64,000 nt of DNA from Octopus vulgaris (taxonomy: Eukaryota): NCBI GenBank assembly GCA_951406725.2, contig OX597822.1, forward strand, positions 118,916,001-118,980,000, read 5' to 3'. The notes beneath the pieces are model-generated. The model did not search any database. It was not told where the DNA came from and worked only from the letters and a program-made list of their open reading frames with translations. Shown here one piece after another: positions 53,175 to 64,000 of the stretch. The position numbers and the translations under genes are program-made. The stretch's first letter is position 1; every line of letters begins with the position of its first letter.

Positions 53175-53489
53175 GCTGGTATTGTTTCAATTTAAAAATA
53201 GTCATTCTTTGAACGTCAGAGAATGGCTATTTGTCTTCAAACAGTTTATGTACAACGTTCACTTTTAGATTATCATTTTTGATTTCTTTCTGTCTTTGCA
53301 TTCTTTAAGTCTTTGTAATCGTTTGAGCGTCGGACAAGATGATTAGCAACATTCCCGCCAATGCTTTTTACATCAGAAGAAATGAGTACAAATCCGATAG
53401 ATATTAATTTTACCGTTCATCCTTTCGGGTCGCTAAAATCAAATACCAGTCAATCACTGGGGGCAATGTAATCGACTAACCCCCTTAGT

Positions 53490-54247
53490 TCTGCAGTATG
53501 TTCTGACCCTGTACCTCACTAGTTGGTACCTCCACAGTTTCTCTGGCACGTGGACCTGCAGATAGGCTGACATGAGGTCGACGATCATAGTCACTCCCCT
53601 CATTCGCCCCCACTCCCGAAAGGTTTCTCCACACACACCTGGCAGGACACGTGCTCGTTCAACTCTCTGAAGCCCAGCACCAGTCGAACCTTCGTCGGCG
53701 GAACCACTACCACCCACCACAGCACACCGCTCGTCGCCTCTTCTCGCCATGGTATCAAAATGTCCTCCTCTACCCATCTGTCCTGGCTTCTCCTTTCAGA
53801 CTCTGCTCATAGCAACTCACCCTCTTTCTCAGTACAGTGGGTTTCTTCTTTCCAATAGTACTCCCCCACCCCGTTCATCTTTCGATGTCGAACACAGAAC
53901 CGACGTCCTCATCAGCGCATCACCGGTTGCGCCTATGGTATCCCCTCTTTCTGCCTGTAACCTGTCATTCTAACAGCACCCTCCTCGGACTTTTCCAGGA
54001 AGTCCTTACACCCTCCTCCCCTTTCTCCTGTTCACAGAAAGTTCGTGCTCCCCTCCCTCCTCCTCGAAATTTTCCAGGAACTCCCACTCACCCCTCCTCA
54101 GGCTTTTCCAGGGAAACCTTCCTCCCCTCCCTCAGACTTTTGCAAGAAATCCTTCCTCCTTTTCCTCCTCTCCTTGGACATTTTCAGGGAGTCCATATCC
54201 GCTCTCTCCTCCTCAGAATTTTCCAGGAATTATCCCCTTCTCGCACA
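53490..54247 (-). mobile_element. LTR-retrotransposon remnant: RT N-terminal part plus a probable LTR-like segment with internal sub-repeats
   Basis: VCGETFREW..IVDLMSAYLQVHVPEKLWRYQLVRY..TYC; segment begins TGT at 54247 (minus) with repeated ttttccaggaa units. Confidence 0.6.
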
Positions 54248-54277
54248 TTATACACACACATATATATATATATATAT

Positions 54278-54346
<69 letters not shown>

Positions 54347-54444
54347 TAATAATAAAATGACAACAAAAGAAGGAGCCCTCGAATATAAAAATAGAGGAAT
54401 AAATCACCTTCCGGACGACGTTATATATATATATATATATATAT

Positions 54445-54684
54445 AGAGGAGGAAAAGAAGGAAGGATTTCTTGCAAAAGTCTGAGGGAGGGGAGGAAGGT
54501 TTCCCTGGAAAAGCCTGAGGAGGGGTGAGTGGGAGTTCCTGGAAAATTTCGAGGAGGAGGGAGGGGAGCACGAACTTTCTGTGAACAGGAGAAAGGGGAG
54601 GAGGGGGTAAGGACTTCCTGGAAAAGTCCGAGGAGGGTGCTGTTAGAATGACAGGTTACAGGCAGAGAGAGGGGATACCATAGG
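54445..54684. repeat. 240-bp inverted duplicate of 53932-54171
   Basis: About 3 mismatches seen by eye. Confidence 0.95.
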
Positions 54685-56206
54685 GGTAATATGCCCTATC
54701 CATAAGGGAGGTAGTAGAGCAGATGCTAAAAATTATAGGCCTATCTCTCTGACCTCACACATCAGCAAAGTCATGGAACGAATAGTCCGTAAGAAACTAA
54801 TCATGTTCCTTGAAGAAAATGACTTACTGTCTGACACCCAGCATGGATTTCAACCAGGTAGAGGCTGCCTAACACAGCTCCTGCAACACTATGACTGGGT
54901 GTTGAAACAGCTACTAAATGGCTCAAATGTGGATGTAATATATCTCGACTTTGCAAAAGCCTTTGATAAAGTCGACCATGGTATGATCTGTCACAAACTG
55001 CGTGGTCTCGGCATAGGCGGGAAACTTGGAGAGTGGCTGCACAACTTCCTAAAAGACAGAAAATAGGCAGTTGTGAGCAATGGAGCCACCTCCAAGGAAA
55101 CGCAAATAACAAGCGGTGTCCCACAAAGCACTGTCTTGGGGCCACTGATGTTCATAGTGGCCCTTTCAGACATGCCTTCAGTTGCTACGATGACCACCCT
55201 TGCTAGCTATGCAGATGACACAAAAGTCTCCCACGCAATACAAAACCCTGAAAATATTGCGCATCTGCAACATGAGCTGGACACAATATACAGGTGGGCT
55301 GAGGACAACAACATGCAGTTTAATGCAGGTAAGTTCCAGGCCCTGCGCTACTGGCACACAAAGGTAAATGACGTGAAGACTGGATACACTGGCCCAGGAA
55401 GAATTGCAATCCCTGAGTCAAAATCAGTGCGTGACCTGGGCATTGACATGAGCAATGATGCATCTTTCCAAATGCATATTGCTAATCTGGTGATAAAATG
55501 CAGACGGCTAGCTGGATGGATTCTCCGAACTTTCAGAACAAGAGAGAAGGAGACACTGATGGTCCTATGGAAAACATTCGTCCTTAGCCGCTTGGACTAC
55601 TGCTCCCAACTTTGGTCACCACACAATATAAAACAAACAGCAGAACTCGAAGCAACTCAGAGAAGCTACACAAAGAAAATCGTCTCAATGCAAAATGTCA
55701 GCTACTGGGAAAGACTGAAGGTATTAAACCTCTTCTCCCTGGAGCGGAGGCGGGAGAGATATGCAGTGATATACATCTGGAAAATCCTGGAGGGTCTTGT
55801 CCCAAACTTTGGCATTCAAAGTTACTCCAACCGCAGAACGGGCGCCGCTGCGTGGTGCCAAGGATTCCAACATCACCATCAAAATACAGGTCCAGATACT
55901 GCAACAGCTTGGGTTTCAGAGGACCACAGCTCTTTAACATCCTCCCTAAATGCCCGAGAGACTTACATGGTGTGGATGTGGGTTTGTTTAAAACTAAACT
56001 GGATCTCTTCTTGTTGGGAGTCCCAGATGAACCTACCTCACGACAGGAGACACGGATGCGGGCAGCAGCATCGAACTCCCTTGTTGATCAAGTGCCACGT
56101 ATCAGAGGTGGATTCACAAACTAGTGTAGCTCATTCAGCGGTGGTGCCCCAGCATGGCCGCGGCCTTCGGGCTAAAACATTTTTAAGGATTTTAAGGATT
56201 TAAGGA
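54685..56206 (+). mobile_element. CR1-clade LINE, 5'-truncated, with one stop and one frameshift
   Basis: PIHKGG..NYRPISLTS, YLDFAKAFDKVDH, SGVPQSTVLGP, YADDTK, LDYCSQLWSP; tail (ttttaagga)n. Confidence 0.94.
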
Positions 56207-56232
56207 TATATATATATATGTATGTATGTATG

Positions 56233-56271
<39 letters not shown>

Positions 56272-56316
56272 TAGGACAATCAATACGTTGTCATAATCGC
56301 ACTACCTCCAAGCCCG

Positions 56317-56354
<38 letters not shown>

Positions 56355-56900
56355 GTATGTATGTATGTACTTATGTATATATGTATGTTTGTGTGAGTGT
56401 GTGTGTTTGTCCCACCACCACCATTGCTTGATAACCGATGTTGGTGCGTTTGCGTCCTTGTAATTAGCTGTTCAGCAGAAGAGACTGATAGAATAAGCAC
56501 CAGGCTTATAGGGAATAATTCCAGGGCTCAATTTCTTCGACTAAAGTGTGGTGCTCCAGCGTGGCCAATGACTGAAGCAAGTAACATTTGTTTCAAATGA
56601 CTGAAACAAGTAAAAGAATAAGAGAATACCAGAAGAATGTTTCGTACCACTAAACCAAGGAGGTTCTTTGGAATATCTACGATGTATTTTAAGTCTAAAT
56701 AGTAATTCTGTTTACGTTTGCATAACTGAGATATTTTGCCTGGATTACACAACTGGTACTTAATTTATCGACCCCGAAAGAACGAAAGGCAAAGTCGACC
56801 CCGGAAGAATTTGAACTCAGAACGTAAAGACAGACGGTCATAATATGCAAACATTTCTCATGGCACCAGTACACTATTTACAGATGCTAATATTTTTTAA

Positions 56901-57262
56901 TCTGTTGTGTCTGGGGAGAGTCATTTTCTTTTTGTGCTTTATAATATAACACACTCACCGGTAAAATTTCCACTTTTTTCTTATTTTTATTTTCCTAAAA
57001 TTTTCGTTGCGTCTTGCAACCTTTTCAATAGTTTTGTAACCCTTTCAATAGTCTTTTCAAGACTATTGAAAAGGTTGCAAGACTCAACGAAAATTTTAGG
57101 AAAATAAAAATAAGAAAAAAAAGTGGAAGTTTTACCGGTGAGTGTGTTATATTATTAAGCACAAAAAGAAAATGACTCTCCCCAGACACAACAGAATATG
57201 CTTCAACACACGAATCTTGCAAACCAAATCCAAAAACGAAATACATTTTTAAAGTTTTCCGT
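56901..57262. mobile_element. Palindromic element H2 (arms 56901-57032 and 57062-57195) with variant hammerheads
   Basis: Near-perfect ~130-bp inverted arms. Confidence 0.8.
56995..57031 (-). ncRNA. Minimal type-I hammerhead-like ribozyme with U3-A8 core (UUGAAAA); second copy on plus strand at 57063-57099
   Basis: CTA-TTGAAAA-G-GTTGC-aagac-GCAAC-GAAA-AT-TT-TAG. Confidence 0.6.
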
Positions 57263-58004
57263 GAATTTTTCACGGGTCCAGCTAGTTATCATTATTGCCT
57301 TGACGAATGCCATAACGAAAATATAACAGAAAAGAGATAAATGGTCGATAAAATGGACTTATGATAAATTTATTTTTGACTTCTATATATAAGGCAATGG
57401 ATATTTTTCCCAACCAAATTGGCATTGGGTATAGCTGGGTATTATAACGTTCATAATTGACTTTCAATTTTTAATGTTCTCTGTTTTTTGCTAAGTTGCC
57501 GCTTAAGCAATTTTCATCTTTATTTCACGTATCGGGAATCTTCATACATATCAAGACGGTTGATTAAAATGCCGCATTAACCTCTGTTATATTTTAGTTC
57601 AATTTAAAGATATTTTTCTGTCTTTATTCATTTACTTTTTTTTTTCGTAATACTTCAAATTATTTATTGTCTAAGAGTCGCATCACTTCTGAGAGGAGAA
57701 TCAAATATGTGTGTCGTCGTTGTGCAGTGTTTTTGGTAGATATATATTTCCCCTTTGATAATCCAACAATGAATGAAACCACGACGTAATACAGTTGATG
57801 AATGTTGTGTGGGTAAGTTTTGTCAGACGACTGAGCAGACGACCTTTTAGAGAGTAAGAAGAAGAGAGAGGTAGGGATAGAAAGAAAGATGGGAAGAGAG
57901 GGAGAGAGAGAGAGACAGAGAATGGATACCAATAATACTAATGTTAGCTAAGATTCGCGCTAGAGTCAGTAACATCGCTTACTGAAATAAATAAGTAAAT
58001 AAAC

Positions 58005-58445
58005 AGTCCCTGTATCATACGTAATATATGCACATTGTTGATAGACCTGTTACTGCAGTGTTTTTCATGAGATGACATCTCTTATGGACTAACCGTGTTA
58101 AAAAACAAATAGATAAATACATATAAATAAATATCAGAGAGTGAAACAAAAATCCGTATCAGCAGCGGGCAGCGAGAGCGCCAGATGCTTTTCGGCCTTT
58201 TCGGGCCTTTTCCAATAGCGCGACCCCCGTTGAAAAAGACCTCTAAAAAGCTGAACGGCATCTGATGCTTTCACTGGCTGCTACTGGGACGAATTTTTGT
58301 CGAACTCTCTGATAGTTATTGATAGTTATTGCCTTTTTCTTTTATATTGTCAATACAGAAAGTCTATAAGATATGTAATCTCAGGAAAAATACTATTGTA
58401 ACAGGTCTATCAACAGTGTATATACATTAGGTATAGTACATAGAT
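58005..58445. repeat. Old imperfect foldback (diverged inverted arms); partial related copy at about 59085-59280
   Basis: tgttgatagacctgttac..catctcttatggact versus agtctataagatatg..gtaacaggtctatcaaca; gccagatgc..ttcggccttt versus aaagctgaacggcatctga. Confidence 0.75.
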
Positions 58446-58589
58446 GACTATTTTAATTAGATACTTTTTCAGTTGCGTATACCAAATTTTTAATCAGCTG
58501 GACGACTACTCGCAACATAGGTTTATGTTTTATCCCTTTTTTTTCTTATATCAGAGATGACAAATTTTTGTCGTAGTATTTGGATAGCT

Positions 58590-59045
58590 AGTTAGTTAGT
58601 TAATTTTTTGGCTTAAAAAGCAATAAGCAAGGCCATGTAGGGGGGCATGGAGTTATGTACAGGGTGGTGTTCATGTAAAGAGTTCAGGCCACTTGTGGTC
58701 AAGGGAGACTTTGAACCAAGCGGTCGTCGGCATCTTCACCATCTCGTCCGGCAGCTTATTCCACGGATCCGCAACCCGGACGGAAAAAGCTCCTCTCCTT
58801 CGATTGAGATGAAATCGTCGTAGATAGAGCTTTTCGGAGTGACCCTGCAGCTGATGCTCTGGAGCAGGAGTGAAGAACAGCTCTTTCGAGAGGTTACACT
58901 TTCCGCTTATGATGTTGTGAGCAAGAATGAAATCACCACGGCGTCGTCGTTTTTCTAGAGAATAAAGGTCGAGCATCTTCAGCCTTTCTTCATAAGACAA
59001 ATGCTTGAGACCATGAACCATGCGGGTAGCCAGCTTCTGGACTAC
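58590..59045 (-). mobile_element. CR1 LINE 3' fragment
   Basis: VQKLATRMVHGLKHLSYEERLKMLDLYSLEKRRRRGD..FSVRVADPWNKLP; (TAAC)n tail. Confidence 0.9.
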
Positions 59046-59470
59046 AGGTATGCACCACTGAAAAGGCCCAACAGAAAGGCTGAAATGCATCTAGAGCTCT
59101 TACTAGCTGCTGCTGCTGCTGCTGGGACGAATTTTCATCTCTGTGATATTTATACTTTTTAACACAGTGGGTCCATAAATATTATCTTGGTACAAATACG
59201 AGTATAACTGGCCTTTCAACAGTGTATATATACATTGAGTATGATACATAGAGGGCTATTTTAATTAAATACTGCAAATAATATGTTGCTAAAAATCTAC
59301 GACTTTAATAATCTTTTGTCACATCACCTCTTGCTTATAGGCTCAGTCTTGCTCATCAGGCGTTTTCTTTTTTTTTGTTACAGTAGACTATACACATTTC
59401 ACATAGTTATATATGCTTGTCTATTTAGATAAAAACCTGTCCTTTTATTTATATTTGATAAAATTAATTA

Positions 59471-59632
59471 GGCGTGGATGTGTGGTAAGAAGTCTGCTTC
59501 CCAACCACATGGTTCTAGGTTCAGTTCCACTACGTGGCACTAAGGGCACGTGTCTTCTATTATATTCTAGAGCGGACCAAATCCTTGTAAGTGTAATTAG
59601 TAAACGGAAACTGAAAGAAGCTTGTCATGCGC

Positions 59633-59671
<39 letters not shown>

Positions 59672-59755
59672 GTGTTTGTCCTCACTGTTCCCGTAAATAG
59701 CGGCCCCGCATTAAATACCATCGGAATAAGTTCTAAGGTCGATTCGTTCGACTAA
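59471..59755 (+). mobile_element. SINE family A, diverged
   Basis: Head and (TG)n middle as in the other copies. Confidence 0.75.
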
Positions 59756-60393
59756 AAATTAAAAAAAAAAAAGGAAAAAAAAAAACAACAAAAGAAAAGC
59801 GAAAAAAAAAAAGCTATTGGCTCTATTAGCTAAGGGCTTAATGGCTACTTAAAACAACATTTTAGTTTCCAGAATAAATTACTTACGTAATGCTTACCAC
59901 TTCATAATATCAGTGAGGTCATAAACTCGGCCTATCTAGTTGTATCTGGTCTGTAAAAAAACATACGAGATGAGTCATTATGAAAATAAATTATTTTTAT
60001 TACTTTAAGCGCGCAATGATAAGCTTTAGCGAATCCGAATGAGTCACCAGCCTTCAAGTTCAGTTTGCAGCGATTGAATTTCAAGTATGTCACTCTTACA
60101 CTTTGGAAATACATCAACGTCATAAGATTGTTGTTAAAACTTTTTCTATTCAATGGTTTATTGAAGAGATCTGTTAAGAGAGAAACATGTCGAGAATCAT
60201 TTCTATGTTTGCCAAGGACAATTGTTTTCCATTCTGTGCGTTAACTATTTCCTATTTTAATTAACTGAAACTTCGATGCATCAACTTATTTCATTTTTCA
60301 TTTGGGTTTCTTCCTCTTGTTTTAAGTTCGTTGATTTAAGCATCGTTTAACAATGCCTACCTCATCGTGTTTGCCACATTAAGTATGTTAGTA

Positions 60394-60726
60394 GCGCGTG
60401 GCTCAGTGGTTAGAGCGTCGAGCTTATGATCGTGAGGTTGTGAGCTCGAATCTCGGACTGGGCTGCGTGTTGAGTTCTTGAGCAAGACACTTTATTTCAC
60501 GTTGCTCCAGTTCACTCAGCTGTAGAAATGAGTTGCGACGTCACAGGTGCCAAGCTGTGTCGGCCCCTTTGCCTTTCTCTTGGATAACACTAGTGGCGTG
60601 GAGAGGGGAGGCCGGTATGCATGGGCGACTGCTGGTCTTCCATAAACAACCTTGCCCGGACTTGTACCTGGGAGGGTAGCTTTCTAGGTGCAATCCCACG
60701 GTCAGTTATGACCGAAGAGTGTCTCA
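60394..60726 (+). mobile_element. tRNA-derived SINE family E; inverted partial copy at 61888-62115
   Basis: A box tggctcagtgg; core cacgttgctccagttcactcagctg shared with family D; distinct 3' body. Confidence 0.85.
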
Positions 60727-61887
60727 ATAACCTACCACTCTATTCTTCGAATAGTTTGCTGTTTTTTTCGCCATATTTAAGCCCGATAATTATAAAACCT
60801 CGAATACTAACAATAATATTGATATATAGAGTTAATCTTAAAATATCTTGACGGTACGGTTTAAATGAAATATTCGATGTGTTATTTAAGGAATTTTCAT
60901 TTGAATATTAATAGACGGTGAGAAAATTTAAGCAATGCTAAAATGCAATTCAAAACGCTGGGTAGCATCTTGGGTTACTCATCAGTTCCACCTTATTAAT
61001 AAAGCTCGAGATGAGTCTTAATTTCCTTGGTTTGTGAGAATGATACGCTATTGGCAAAGATATCTTAATGAAACTTAGATCTTTTATAGATGTGAAGAAG
61101 CCAAGCAAATGGTATTCATATTTTTAAAAGCGTTCGTTTATAAAATGATGGTTGCTTTCTCCTGATTTCGTATTTCAAACGATATCAAAACTTACCTTTA
61201 TATTTTCACTTGAGTTAGTTTATCGATGCCAGAGATGTTAATAGCCTATTTTTAAAATGTAACTCAAGTGTAACCGCGTTAACAATCTATAAGCATTTGA
61301 ACTCTGAACGAAAAGAGCCGGAAGAAATGCTGTTGAGCGTCTTGTCCGGCGCAGTGACGATTCTGCCAGCTTAAAGGTAAATGATTATGAAAACTACTAT
61401 CCACTACAGTGGAGGCACATGGCCCAGTGGTTAGAGCAGATAAACTCTGATTGAGCAGATTTAGGATCAAAGGTATGTCAGTAGGGAATCTCCCGTTCAC
61501 ACGTTACTTTCTTTAGTAGTGGTAGAGTGTTTATGCCGAATATGTACGTATGCATGTATATATAAGTATGTATGCCTGTATATATGTACAAAATCCACTG
61601 AGCAGGCTTTTGTTGGTCTGAGGCTACAGCAGAAGACACATGCCAAGTCACCACACAGTGGGACTGAACCCAGGACCATGTGTTTGAACGTAGTTTGTTA
61701 CCACACAGCCACACCTGCCCCTATGTATGTGTGTGTGTGTGCGTATGTGTGTATGGGTAGATATATTGTGCATGTATATATGTGTATATATATGTGTACA
61801 TATTACATGTACATCTATATATATACATCTACACATAAAATACAGAATACAAAGTTATATCTTGATATCGCTAGTGATAAAGGGTAA

Positions 61888-62115
61888 AGACCCCCTTCGG
61901 TCATGAATGACCATGGGATTGCACCTAGAAAGTTACCCTCCTAGACACAAGTCCGGGCAAGGTTGTTTATGGAAGACCAGCGGTCGCCCATGCATACCGG
62001 CCTCCCCTCTCCATGCCACCAGTGTTATCCAAGGGAAAGACAAAGGTCGATACAGCTTGGCACCAGTGACGTCACAACTCATTTCTACAGCTGAGTGAAC
62101 TGGAGCAACGTGAAA
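61888..62115 (-). mobile_element. SINE family E 3' two-thirds
   Basis: Reverse complement of 60495-60725. Confidence 0.85.
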
Positions 62116-62859
62116 TTAAGTGATAACAATACTCAAAATATATAAGAGACTGGAATTGTAGGCCCGTCTCTTGCAATTTCGATCAATTGGATCTTGTCCT
62201 CCCTCTTGTATAGAAGTGTACGGCTGCAGCGAAATTCATTTTTGGACTTTCTTCTATCGAAGGCATTTTAACAAAAATGCTTCCGTAAAAACGGTGAAAA
62301 TATTGTCAATTTCCCCAAATAGGGACACAATTCAATTTTTAAACAATAACCAAAGCCCCTTCTCTGAAAGGGGGAGGGTTACGGTTTACAATTATTTAAC
62401 AAATGCAACGCAACAACGTTTCCCTGACGAGGAACCAAAAACGTGATTACAATAGTCAAACAGTAATAATAATAAAAACAAACCTTTTTAATTTAACCCC
62501 ATTTATATGAAACCACTTATTCAAGTTCAAGTCATTGATGCAATTTTATACGAATTGCTAATACACACACACACACACACACACATAATAAGGGTGAAAA
62601 ATTTACTATTAATTTGATTAATATGAATTGAAAACCAGTGGTGTAGCATATAAGACCATAGCGGATCTTCTTCTAGCAAAATGGATGACCACTGTTAATG
62701 GTTGATCCCTGCTATATAATACTTTCACTTTAATAGTTTCAGTATTAAAATGAAAGTGTCTGCATTACAATAAAGAGATGTTTTTGTTTCTCTTTTAACA
62801 CGTAATACTGAAATAGTGGATAAAATATGATATTGCTGTGGGGTCGCCTTAGGGAAAAA

Positions 62860-62982
62860 GTTAAAAATTTTTTTGCCGATGACACTCCCCGGACCTTAAG
62901 TAAGGCATGTGTAAAATTTGAATGAAATTGGTTGTGTAGTTCTCAAGTTTTAGGGAAACACACAGACAGACACACATTCTCA

Positions 62983-63034
<52 letters not shown>
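62860..63034 (-). mobile_element. Helitron-like 5' end, truncated
   Basis: Minus strand TC(TA)nAAACTGAGAATGTGTGTCTGTCTG..ccaatttcattcaaattt; no CTAG end found. Confidence 0.45.
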
Positions 63035-63041
<7 letters not shown>

Positions 63042-64000
63042 TGTGTTAAAAATTTGCGTGAGTGGCGGAAATGACATGAGTGGCCAGCTTGAATGCTTCT
63101 AAGCAGACTCTGAAAGATTATCTAATCAGACAAAAGCCGGGAATAGATGCGTGAACAAACATTGGCTGGTCTGCTTCAGCAACTACAGCAAAGATCGATG
63201 AAGTAACTACAAGCAATATATATATACAAACAAACATATATACTACATACGCACACACCCATACACACACACACACACGAACAATCTTATGTGTACATAC
63301 ACATATATATGAGCATACATACACGCACACATACACACATACATTCAGTACGCTGTACGAGCTCTGGGTACGTTACAATAAAGAAAGTTTTGTCTAACCT
63401 TATTATTTACAACGTATATTTATATACTCTGTGTATGTGTATGTGTGTGTGTGTATATGTGTGTGTTCATGTGTATGCGCATGTGTGTGCGTGTGTGTGT
63501 GCATGTGTGTGCATGTGTGTGTGTATGCATGTGTGTGTGTATGCATGTGTGTATGCACAAGTGTGTGTGTGTGTGTGTGTATGTGTGTTTGCTTTATGTT
63601 TGTAAGTCGAAGCTTTGAACGGTGGTTAAAGCGTTCAAGCTTTCAGATATCGTGACGGCGTAGGGTCTGTGTGTAGACGATCAGTGAGGATGGAACACCG
63701 ACCAATTGATACGCCATGAGTTTGTCATGCTTTCAGTTTCAAGTTTTCGAAAAGGCGGCGGAATTGCATTGACAGGAGACCACAAACGGAAGTGACCGTG
63801 ATCATCATAGGACATGGCTTTGTCTACAGACTAATCATGAGGATTCGTTACTTCGTTTCGGAAGGAGGCGGTAAGCGATTTATGATGAGCTGTCAAATAA
63901 AGCTAGATATCTCTCCTGGATCTAATCTCACTTTGAGACTACATGTGTGTGTGTGTGTGTGTGTGTGCGTGTGTGTGTGTGTGTGACTGTGTGTACGTGT

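Noticed and set aside
62415-62450. CTGACGA-ggaacc-AAAA hammerhead-like string
   Set aside because: Only a 2-bp stem II, no GAAA and no stem I; probably chance.

Overview
AT-rich, microsatellite-dense eukaryotic genomic DNA. The SINE and repeat vocabulary resembles a cephalopod (Octopus-like) genome; this is an inference. No intact host gene is visible apart from one well-spliced 130-bp candidate exon on the minus strand (52485-52614). The window is mostly decayed transposons. Non-LTR elements: a near full-length frameshifted Tx1/L1-type LINE, two RTE LINEs (one with a ~65-70 bp target duplication, one with a twin-priming 5' inversion), CR1-type LINEs, and R4/Dong, CRE and Penelope fragments. 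Others: Gypsy pol fragments, a DD37D (maT) Tc1/mariner remnant, hAT, TcMar and Merlin-like MITEs, non-autonomous Helitrons, and at least six tRNA-derived SINE families. The most notable signal is four inverted-repeat elements (28381-28549, 29137-29395, 37908-39133, 56901-57195). Each carries minimal type-I hammerhead-ribozyme folds with non-canonical cores. Two show compensatory swaps of the C3-G8 pair (G3-C8 and U3-A8) and two show U4C. They look like non-autonomous Penelope-type ribozyme retroelements. All calls were made by eye, with no database searches.
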